Shown here: positions 1-7,544 of the stretch, in pieces
Layout: each line of letters starts with the position of its first letter
Numbering within the stretch: the stretch's first letter is position 1
Source: Octopus sinensis
Lineage: Eukaryota
Reading direction: 5' to 3'
DNA: 8,776 nt
Assembly (NCBI RefSeq): GCF_006345805.1
Contig: NW_021828334.1
Location: forward strand, 1 to 8,776
Made by a program: the position numbers and the translations under genes
The notes under the pieces: model-generated
The model's input: the letters and a program-made list of their open reading frames with translations, nothing else
Told to the model about the DNA's origin: nothing
Databases searched by the model: none

Positions 1-159
1 TATACGACGGGTTTCTTTCAGTTTCCCTCTACTAAATTCACTCACAAGGTTTTGGTCGGCCCGAGGCTATAGCAGAAGACATTTGCCCAAGGTGCTACGC
101 AGTAGGAGTGAACTCCGAACCATAAGGTTGGGAAGCAACGTACTTACCACACAGGCACG
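1..159 (-). mobile_element. tRNA-derived SINE family A, 5' half (window starts at its internal TA tract)
   Basis: Aligns by eye with 872-1030 and 7862-8013 (acgacgg...tcacaagg...gctatag.agaagaca.ttgcccaaggtg...gaac...tacttaccacacag). The minus strand gives a tRNA-like head with degenerate A/B boxes, followed by accttgggcaa. Confidence 0.85.
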
Positions 160-179
160 GGATGTGGTAAGTATATATA

Positions 180-385
180 TAGTGAGAATTTACAAAAAAA
201 AAAAAAAAAGACGAAGACGGGTATGTAAACAACAGATGTCTGTAAACAACAGATGTAAACGCTCGGGAAACGAAAAAGTCTTTTACGTTTCGAGCCTACG
301 CTCTTCAACAGAAGGAACAGAAATAGACCGGGAGAGAAAATAATAAAAAAAGATGTTCTGTGGCTAGCGATCTATCATGGCGAAC
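180..385 (-). mobile_element. Penelope-like element terminal-repeat fragment with degenerate hammerhead-like motif (family P1)
   Basis: Minus strand 315->280 reads CCUU-CUGUUGA-A-GAGC-GUAG-GCUC-GAAA-CG-UA-AAAG. It is homologous to 6675-6850 (aatttac...agacgaa.ac.gg...aacaaca...cgctc.ggaa...aaaagt...acgtttcg.gcc.acgctcttc.acagaa) and is flanked by TA tracts. Confidence 0.65.
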
Positions 386-386
386 A

Positions 387-399
387 TATATATATATAT

Positions 400-427
<28 letters not shown>
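387..427. repeat. (TA)n microsatellite
   Basis: Direct reading. Confidence 0.95.
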
Positions 428-430
<3 letters not shown>

Positions 431-608
431 GGTCCGGGTTGATTCGGGGTTAACCACAGTAAATAGTACTATACATATAAAATTATTTATTATATAGAAG
501 GAGCTTCTACAGGATAGAACTGTTTATTCAAGATCTTCAGGAATCTTCCTGAGATTTCTCTTGATAAACGTTCTAGTCACTGTAGAAGCTCCTTCTATAT
601 AATAAATA
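428..608. mobile_element. Fold-back element with about 125-bp palindrome, probably Penelope-derived (family P2)
   Basis: 484-512 is the exact reverse complement of 580-608 (29/29). The inner arms 513-542 and 547-579 also pair, with indels. Each arm ends in AATAAA and has a CTGA(A)GA...AAAC remnant. The element is TA-flanked. The Penelope origin is inferred. Confidence 0.55.
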
Positions 609-827
609 TATATTATTATATGCTGCACGGAATGTTGTCAGTGAACAGGTCGCGGTCTCAAAACGATGAAAATATTTTTACAAATTGAATTTAAATGTTG
701 AAATGAATCTAACAGATTTTTTATTTTTTAAATGGCTTATAAACACCTTCCACACTGCAATTGTTTACGTTCCAGCACACGATCTCAGATCAGGTCATTT
801 GCTAAGCAAGTACACCTCCGTAATATT

Positions 828-868
<41 letters not shown>

Positions 869-871
869 GTA
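828..871. repeat. (TA)n microsatellite
   Basis: Direct reading. Confidence 0.95.
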
Positions 872-1030
872 TACACGACGGGGTTCCTTCAATTTACGCC
901 TACCAAATCCACACACAGTGGCTTCGTCGGCCTGTAGCTATAGTAGAAGTCACTTGCCCAAGGTGTCACTCTGCGACTGAACCCGGAACCTTGTGGTTAG
1001 GAAGCAAGCTACTTACCGCATAGCTACTTC
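872..1030 (-). mobile_element. SINE family A, 5' half only
   Basis: Homologous to 1-159 and 7862-8013. The 3' half seen at 7545-7755 is not present beyond the TA tract. Confidence 0.85.
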
Positions 1031-1057
1031 TGTATAAATCATGTGTTTGTGTGTGTG

Positions 1058-1095
1058 TGTGGTTGGGAAGCAAGTTTCTTACCACACAGCCACTC
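1058..1095 (-). mobile_element. SINE family A extra head fragment
   Basis: tgtggttgggaagcaagtttcttaccacacagccactc repeats 992-1029 (tgtggttaggaagcaagctacttaccgcatagctactt). Confidence 0.7.
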
Positions 1096-1340
1096 ACGAT
1101 CATCAGACTGTGGGTTCGATTACCAGACCGGTCTGCGCGTTGTGTTCTTGAGCAAAACGTCCACTTAGTTGTTAAATGTGTAACACTGCGACGGTCTAGC
1201 TTTCCGATCAGAGGGAATGTCGAATCGATCACCTAGCTAGCGGGGTTTTATTAATTCCAAAGTTAAAATGATGCAAAGCTCACTGTGATGTGCGATGTAT
1301 AACAACATCCGATAGTCTGGTCAATCACGTGATCCGTGAT
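1091..1340 (+). mobile_element. tRNA-derived SINE (family D), 5'-truncated
   Basis: B box ggttcgattacc is followed by gcgttgtgttcttgagcaaaac, which matches the family B/C domain gcgttgtgtccttgagcaagac. Then come gtccacttag and ctgcgacggtctagc, resembling family C ccgcgacagactggc. The 3' boundary is approximate. Confidence 0.65.
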
Positions 1341-1664
1341 TCGTTATTGAATTTTACCTTACGTCTCCATCGCCGTTGCATTCCGGCAAATAGTTTTTAT
1401 GTTATTATTATGCAATCACAGACTGGCGATTTCGATCTGTCGAAGGTTCCTTTCAGGTACTTGATGTTGATAAGACACGAAAATGGCGAAATATCGATAT
1501 TCACCACTCCTGAATTCGATCGGATGCGAGTTGTCTCACCTGCCGATGACTTCCAAGTGTTTTAACACCCAGTGTTTTGAGGGAGTCGAGCCTCGAGCGC
1601 TATGCTGCAACGAACTGGCGAACACACAAACAAAACAAATACATTGAGTATGTGCGGGCTGTAA

Positions 1665-1737
1665 TACATATGTGTGTGTGCATGTGTGTATGTGTGTGTA
1701 TACACATACATACATACACACATATATATGTATATAT
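1665..1737. repeat. Mixed (TG)/(CA)/(TA) microsatellite
   Basis: Direct reading. Confidence 0.9.
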
Positions 1738-2559
1738 GGTTGGCATCCTTTCTGTCTCGGGAGACAATGGAGTTGCGCATAAAGTAGTCTAGTCCGGCTT
1801 TTATATTCCATGTCCTGATACATTTCCTGCTGTGGCTGTGTAGTCCTATCCTGGACAAACACTCCCTCTGGCAGGTACCGCAAATGTAGCGAAGACTGTC
1901 CCTGGCTGGTTGTAATGCCATAGTCGCTTGTTGACGTCTCTTCTTTTCTTTCCATTTCTCCTCTCTCTCTCTGTCACTCCTTTGTATTCCCTCTTTTACG
2001 GTACGTCGCCATTCTCCACGGTTGCCGGCAACTGCCTCCCAACCGCTAATATTGATGTTGCAGGCCTTCATGTCCCTTTTGCAAGCATCCTTGTAACGTA
2101 AGATCGGTCTACCCACAGACCTAGTACTCCTAGCAAGCTCTCCGTAGAATATGTCCTTGGGGATTCTGCCATCATTCATACGGCTAACATGCCCAAGCCA
2201 TCTCATACGTCTTTGTGTGAGGAGTGCAAACATGCTTGGTATTCCTGCTTGCCTGAGGACATCTTTGTTGGGGATATGATTCTGCCATTTGATGCGGAGG
2301 ATTTTTCGGAGGCAGCGCAGGTGAAAGATGTTTAGGCGACGCTCTTGGCGTGTGTATAGCGTCCAGGTCTCACTTCCATACAGTAGAGTGCTGAGTACAC
2401 ATGCCTGGTAGATCTTCATTTTCGTGGTCTTGGTCAGCTTATTGTTGTCCCAAGCCCGTTTGGAGAGTTGGGCCATCGCAGCAGCTGCCTTGCCAATGCA
2501 TATATTGAGCTCAGCGTCAAGGGATAGGTTGTAGGTGACGGTAGAGCCCAGATAGGTAA

Positions 2560-2560
<1 letters not shown>
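1738..2560 (-). pseudogene. Truncated reverse transcriptase ORF C-terminus (lacks the APE endonuclease and RT catalytic core)
   Basis: Open frame without stops across the element. The Met at 2476 is internal, and the extension to 1562 is read-through into microsatellite. Confidence 0.85.

Positions 2561-2562
<2 letters not shown>
1738..2562 (-). mobile_element. RTE-clade non-LTR retrotransposon (LINE), 5'-truncated 3' fragment
   Basis: The frame upstream of the listed ORF reads FTYLGSTVTYNLSLDAELNICIGKAAAA (end of RT/thumb). It continues TKMKIYQACVLSTLLYGSETW...FHLRCLRKILRIKWQ...RRMRWLGHVSRMNDGRIPKDIFYGEL...GRPILRYKD and ends in a C2H2-like finger (CGTCQRECLSRIGLHSHSRKC), all RTE hallmarks. 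The 3' tail has hairpin tgtctc-cc-gagaca (1753-1766) then ggatgcc. TA tracts lie on both sides. Confidence 0.95.

Positions 2563-2563
<1 letters not shown>

Positions 2564-2595
<32 letters not shown>
2564..2595. repeat. (TA)n microsatellite
   Basis: Direct reading. Confidence 0.95.
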
Positions 2596-2596
<1 letters not shown>

Positions 2597-2765
2597 TTTA
2601 TTTAAAAGCAGCAGAAATCTAACAAAAGCTGTTACTCAGAGTTTCACGTTCCCGTTCGTCGGACAGTTTTGTTAACAGCTTTTCTTATATTTCTGATGCT
2701 TTTAAATAAAGCATTTTACTCTACCTCTTTTTTCCACCTTGTTTCACATTTATGTGCTTACACGG
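2596..2765. mobile_element. Short Penelope-derived fold-back element (family P3) with 39-bp inverted repeat
   Basis: 2596-2634 versus 2673-2711 pair at 36/39. AATAAA is present in both arms, a hammerhead motif lies in the spacer, and (TA)n flanks both sides. Confidence 0.75.
2622..2672 (-). ncRNA. Minimal type-I hammerhead ribozyme (U4C core variant), predicted
   Basis: Minus strand: ACAAAACUGU-CCGACGA-ACG-GGAA-CGU-GAA-ACUC-U-GAGU-A/ACAGCUUUUGU. Stem I has 10 bp with a one-C bulge, stem II has 3 bp with a GNRA loop, and stem III is palindromic. The GUA cleavage triplet predicts a cut between 2633 and 2632. Confidence 0.75.
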
Positions 2766-2865
2766 TATATATATATACATATATATGTAGATAGATAGAT
2801 AGATAGATAGATAGAGAGAGTCAGAGAGAGAGAGACAAAATGAGAGAGAAAAAAAGAGAGAGAAA
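2766..2865. repeat. Compound (TA)n-(GATA)n-(GA)n microsatellite
   Basis: Direct reading. Confidence 0.9.
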
Positions 2866-3258
2866 GGAAGGGGAGTAACAGACAAACAGACCGACATGCA
2901 GACTCGAACATGCAAACGGGTTTATCCTGTGGTTGTAAAATGCTGTTTGGTTGCTCCTTATCCATAGTTTAGGCCTGACCGATGATGAAAATCATTCATA
3001 ATTTTCCCTACTCTGTCTAGGACTAGTTTATCAAACGAATTCGCCTTGCTTAAAAGCGTTTGGGGTGGGGAGCCGGTGGATTTGAGGGTAGTGTGGCTGC
3101 TATTTCAAGAACATGGAACTGTGCAGCGTAGATCTTCAATCAAAATGTGCAAGTTTATGTTTGTCACCGTTTGTATTAAGGGAGATAGATGGAAAGATAG
3201 GAGGAGGAGGAGGAGAAATAAAGACGGGGGGGGGAGGCAGAAAAAGTTATTTGTGTAT

Positions 3259-3260
3259 TT

Positions 3261-3299
<39 letters not shown>

Positions 3300-3455
3300 A
3301 TGCATATGTATATATACTATATATATATATACATATCTATGTATATATGCACATATAGATATTATGTGTGTATATATTTATTTATATGTATATAAATAAA
3401 TATATATATATATATATAATATATATATATATATACATACATAATATATATATAT

Positions 3456-3497
<42 letters not shown>

Positions 3498-3645
3498 TAT
3501 ACATACATACATATATATATACACCACTTTCACATATATATATACATACATGCATACGTGTGTGTGTTAGAGAATAAGAGAGAGAAAGAGAGAGAGAAAG
3601 TGCGGGAGAGAGGGGAGAGAAAGTGTGTGAGAAAGAGAGGTTGAA
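3259..3645. repeat. Long compound (TA)n/(TG)n/(CA)n tract followed by GA-rich tract
   Basis: Direct reading. Confidence 0.95.
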
Positions 3646-3784
3646 GGAAGAGGAGATCTAATATGTAGGTAACAGTTTGGTTCCAGTCAACATTTCACAC
3701 GGATGGCAACAATTAGACTCCAGCAAACCGGAAATGGCAGTTTTAGTTTTGGGTATCACTGTCACATAACTTCCGGCAGATGAC

Positions 3785-3947
3785 CCACCCACCATTACCA
3801 CTACCACCAACACCAACTCCTATTCTATCTAGCTCCTCTACAACAATATATACCACAATACTACCACCCATACTATGTGCCTTTATGTAGGAACAACCAT
3901 TGCAACAACTACCATTGCAACTACTACTACTACTACTACTACTACTA

Positions 3948-3988
<41 letters not shown>
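3785..3988. repeat. ACC/ACT-rich low complexity ending in (CTA)n at 3921-3988
   Basis: Direct reading. It includes a short duplication of accattgcaac at about 3896-3921. Confidence 0.9.
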
Positions 3989-4164
3989 GCTTTTAGCGCC
4001 TTCTTAAGCTAATGAGGGGAGCATCTGCAATGGAGGTACACAATCATAGGCAAACTGCGGTCTGTGTGACTTTCTGAATTACTTTGAAGAATTTTAGTAG
4101 TGCGGTGCACCTGATGATGAGCCAGGCCTCATGAAGTCCTCATTTCGAAAAAAAAAAGGTTGCC

Positions 4165-4245
4165 CAATCTCTGCTAACCTGCTAGAAATAGCAGCTAATT
4201 CATCGTAAAATAGCGCTCTATCGTCTTTATTGAAAGGGGTTTGGG
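4165..4245 (+). repeat. Old interspersed repeat fragment; inverted relative at about 3045-3110
   Basis: gaaatagcagc here matches the reverse complement of gctgctatttc near 3096-3106, with weak similarity continuing 3'. Boundaries are uncertain. Confidence 0.35.
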
Positions 4246-4329
4246 GAAATGTCTGAGACAGTAATGTGAATTTATTTAGGTGGTAGATATGATATGCCTC
4301 CTGGTTGATCACCAACCTACCATATGTTT

Positions 4330-4895
4330 CACGGATGTCATTTATAGAACCTAATGGAATGATTCGTTTAATCCTGGTCCCAGATTAACTGCGAGTGTCT
4401 TTAGCAGAATCCATTCGGATACGAGCCTTAATTCAGCATCTGAGTTAAGCCTTCTACCCCGCCACCACCACCACTCTCCCATCTGAACCTCGAGTAACTT
4501 CAACAGAACCCTTTATGGGACTAGCCTTAATTCACTACCCGGATTAAGTTCACCTTCTGTCTGGCCGTCGAGTGTCTAACAATCTATTCGGGATCTAGCC
4601 TTAATTTTGCATCTTGATTAACTTCACCTTCCAAATGATCTGCGAGAGTCTAGCAGAATCCATTAAGTTCTTAGCTTTAATCTCGCACACGGATTTGATC
4701 CACGAGAATTTTAAAAGATCCGTTGGAATAATAGACTTATTCCAGTACCCGGATTAACTCCATCTTCCATCTGACCCTCGAATGTCTTTAGAGAATCTAT
4801 TATGATGCTAACCTTGATCCAACATCTGGATTTTATCCTCGAGTGTCTAACAAATCTATTCATGATAGACATAATCCAGCACCCAGCTCAACACC
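4330..4895. repeat. Degenerate minisatellite, about 8 units of 60-99 bp
   Basis: Recurring cgagtgtct..a.cagaatccatt....ga.ctagccttaat.cagca.c.ggattaact. The cga anchors lie at 4392, 4491, 4569, 4643, 4703, 4779 and 4840. Confidence 0.85.
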
Positions 4896-5058
4896 ACCCT
4901 CTTGCCCAAGGGTTGGGTTATCTTTGACAGAATTCCCTTTTAAAAGTATTTGAGCTTACCCTATAGTTTCAGTATAATGCAATTCATAGAATTGTAGTAT
5001 AGGTGTTAGTGATGTAGTAATGGATGTGACCATGATAGTGGTAGTATAACTGGTAACT

Positions 5059-5377
5059 GGCATTCCGTCGATTATGACGATCAGTGTTCCAGTTAATCCG
5101 ATCAACAGAGCATCCTGCTCGTAAAAATCCCCGTGGAAGTGGCTGAGTACTCCACAGAGACGCGTACCCTTAATTTAGTTACCAGGAAGTTCAGCGTGAC
5201 ACAGAATGGGGCAAGGCTGGTCCTTTGAAATACAAGTACTACTCATTTTTGCCAGCAGAGTGGACTGGAGCGACGTGAAATAAAGTGTCTTGCTGAAGAA
5301 CACAACGCGTCGCCTGGAATCGAATTCACAACCTTACGATCGTGGGCCGACTACCCAATCCACTAAGCCACGAGCCT
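5059..5377 (-). mobile_element. tRNA-derived SINE family B, full length
   Basis: Colinear with 6201-6522. Minus strand has A box tggcttagtgg, B box gaattcgattcc, then gcgttgtgttcttcagcaagacactttatttcac. The tail is cgtcataatcgacggaatgcc followed by a ccagtta repeat. Confidence 0.9.
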
Positions 5378-5379
5378 AA

Positions 5380-5850
5380 ACGGTATAGTGGTTATGTAGT
5401 GGTATTGGTAGAGGTGATAAATAATTGTAGTTTTATGGTTAATGATGTTTTGGTGTAGATAATGTATGGTTGTTAGTGTTAGCGTAGTTAGCAGCAGTAG
5501 AGGTGGTGGTGATGGTGGTGGTGGTGGTGGTAGTGGTGGTGGATAGTAGTGGTGGTGGTGGTGGTGGTGGTGGTAGTGGTAGTGGTTGTGGTGGTGGTGG
5601 TGGTGGTGGTGGTATTGGTGGTGCTGGGGATGGTGGCGCTGGGGATGGTGGTAGAACTACTACTGCCACCTACGCAATGAACGCTATCATCACCGCAGCC
5701 GCCACCGCCACCACCACTATCACAGACATCGCCGCCACAGCCGTCACCACCATCACATCCATCACCACCACAGCCATCACCACCATCACGTAACCACCAT
5801 CTGCATCTCTATCTTCACCCAGCATCACCACCACCACCACCACCACTTCC
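5380..5850. repeat. (GGT)n/GTA-rich tract (5380-5652) abutting complementary (CAC/CAT)n tract (5660-5850)
   Basis: Direct reading. This tract explains the poly-Gly/Val/Thr and poly-Pro ORFs. Confidence 0.9.
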
Positions 5851-5974
5851 TAGATCACATTTGTTCATTCATGTTGGCTGACATTTTAAGTAATTACAAT
5901 AGCAACAGTTATTATTGTTGATGTTGTTGTTGTTCTTACTGTTTTTGTTGTCATTATCGTTTACTGATATTATA

Positions 5975-6113
5975 CAGTAATAGAGTGTCTTAGTTATATA
6001 CATAATAAACTGACCTGCTTATACACTATAGACTGACCTGGTTGTATACACTCTCTACTGACCTGCTTATAAAGTATATCCGGACCTGGCTATATACGCA
6101 TTACGCAGATCTG

Positions 6114-6116
<3 letters not shown>
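5975..6116. repeat. About 24-bp minisatellite with TGACCTG core
   Basis: Cores at 6011, 6034, 6059, 6082 and 6107 (spacing 23, 25, 23, 25). Confidence 0.8.
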
Positions 6117-6117
<1 letters not shown>

Positions 6118-6173
<56 letters not shown>

Positions 6174-6191
6174 AATATATATATATATATA
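6118..6191. repeat. (TA)n microsatellite
   Basis: Direct reading. Confidence 0.95.
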
Positions 6192-6200
6192 CACATAGGA

Positions 6201-6522
6201 GCACTCCGTCGGTTACGACGGTGAGGGTCCCAGCTGATACGATCAACGGAACAGCTTGCTCGCGAAATTAACGTGCAAGTGGCTGAGCACTCCACAGACA
6301 CGTGTGCCCTCAACGTAGTTCGTAAGGAGATTCAGCGTGACACAGAGTGTTACAAGTATGGCCCTTTTGAAATACAGGTACTACTCATTTTTGCCAGCTG
6401 AGTGGACTGGAGCAATATGAAATGAAGTGTCTTGCTCAAGGACACAACGCGTCGCCGGGAATCGAACTCACAAACTTACGATCAAGAGCTGAATGCCCTA
6501 ACCACTAAGCCAAGCGCCCTCA
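6201..6522 (-). mobile_element. tRNA-derived SINE family B, full length
   Basis: Colinear with 5059-5377. A box tggcttagtggtt and B box gagttcgattcc are on the minus strand. The tail is cgtcgtaaccgacggagtgc. Confidence 0.9.
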
Positions 6523-6674
6523 TACATACACAGTAAACAGCTGCATTTATACACAATATAGTGACATGGTTACAAACTACATAATCGTCTAGTTATACAT
6601 ATAATATGATATAGCTGCATGCTATATTTATTGATCTTCTTACGTACACTTGCTATACGGAGGTAACTGTATAC

Positions 6675-6850
6675 TATATAAAGCAAATTTACTGAAAACG
6701 AAAGACGAAAACAGGCGAGGGAACAACAAGCAGGTATATTTGGCGCTCAGGAAGAATGGAAAAGTTGCTGACGTTTCGTGCCAACGCTCTTCGACAGAAA
6801 GGGTTGCGAGGGGGAAAAAATGGAGAGAACGAAAAAAAACGGAGGGAGAA
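6675..6850 (-). mobile_element. Penelope-like terminal-repeat fragment (family P1, second copy)
   Basis: Minus strand 6801->6766 reads CUUU-CUGUCGA-A-GAGC-GUUG-GCAC-GAAA-CG-UC-AGC. It is homologous to 180-385. Confidence 0.65.
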
Positions 6851-6898
6851 AAAAATATGAAGGGATTAAAGGTTTAACATGATGAAACTGCTTTATGT

Positions 6899-7268
6899 AT
6901 ATAACTTAGATAACTTAGGTTGGTTTCGGCCACTGTCGGCCCAAGCCATGACTAACTCAATAGCACCACCTGGAAAAGTCTTTTAATTAATTATTTCGGG
7001 ACACCATGGACCACTCAGTCAGAGAGTTGTTGGCTGAGACGTATCCAGGTGTAGATGGTTTATCCGGTATTTCTTAAAGGAATTTGTCCAGGTACCGTCT
7101 GAAAGTTGTGGGCTTTTTTTTCTACTTTAATTTCTTTCGGGATAACAGTGAAAAGGGCAGAACCATTTGCAGTGAAGAAATTGTGTCTCAATGTTCTTGT
7201 GTGATGTGATCTCGACCTTCGTAGGGGACGTATTGCACTTGGGTCTAGTCTTGGGGTGAATTGTTAAC
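6899..7268 (-). mobile_element. CR1/L2-group LINE, decayed ORF2 C-terminus plus 3' UTR
   Basis: Manual translation gives PRLDPSAIRPLRRSRSHHTRTLRHNFFTANGSALFTVIPKEIKVEKK / frameshift / PTTFRRYLDKFL*EIPDKPSTPGYVSANNSLTEW. This fits the CR1-group C-terminal pattern (R.N.F...G..LF..LP..I......F...LDKFL..IPD.P..PGY...NSL). The element ends in (ctaagttat)2. It is not in the ORF track. Confidence 0.8.
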
Positions 7269-7276
7269 ATATATAA

Positions 7277-7528
7277 GATCAGAGATCCTTCCTGAGCTAT
7301 AGGTTCATATGGCCGGTTTCCCAGGTTCAGTGCAGTATATATTCCTCAGACCCGTGGATGGGACGCCAGTCTGTCGCGGGATTACTTATATTTGCCAGCG
7401 GAGTACGATGGAGCAACGTGAAATACTGTTTTACTTAAGAACATAAAACACTTCCCAGTCCAGGGATCGAAACCACAATTTGTCAATCACGAGTGCAACA
7501 TTCTAACCACTGAGCCACGCGTCTCCAC
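7277..7528 (-). mobile_element. tRNA-derived SINE family C
   Basis: A box tggctcagtggtt and B box gtttcgatcc are present. It shares tatttcacgttgctcca...gctggcaaa with family B, then has a different 3' part (ccgcgacagactggcgtcccatcc...gaaaccggcc). Confidence 0.8.
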
Positions 7529-7544
7529 ATGTAAACTACATACT

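Noticed and set aside
222-259. Tandem duplication of tgtaaacaacagatgt
   Set aside because: It is an ordinary local slippage duplication within element P1.
685-1236. ORFs with YIYI or CVCV runs (also 2721-3577, 6042-6313, 7692-7954)
   Set aside because: They are stop-free frames through dinucleotide repeats and SINEs.
1422-1456. Possible 35-nt micro-exon (cag|...cag|gtact)
   Set aside because: The polypyrimidine tract and donor are weak and there is no other support.
1562-1737. C-terminal extension of the 304-aa ORF as a host or fusion gene
   Set aside because: It is read-through from the RTE tail into microsatellite (HIYIYMCVC...), and the start Met is internal to a truncated RT.
4111-4139. 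CUGAUGA-UGAG-ccaggc-CUCA as a further hammerhead
   Set aside because: It is followed by UGAAG rather than GAAA, with no convincing stems I and III.
4330-4895. CRISPR array
   Set aside because: Units are degenerate along their whole length with no unique spacers, there are no cas genes, and the context is eukaryotic.
5439-5793. Poly-Pro and poly-Gly/Thr ORFs as extensin, formin or mucin-like genes
   Set aside because: They are translations of (GGT)n/(CAC)n repeats with no unique domain or convincing splice context.
6920-6945. ggcc-gacagt-ggcc-gaaac (minus) as hammerhead stem II
   Set aside because: There is no CUGANGA upstream; it is better explained as the LINE 3' stem-loop.
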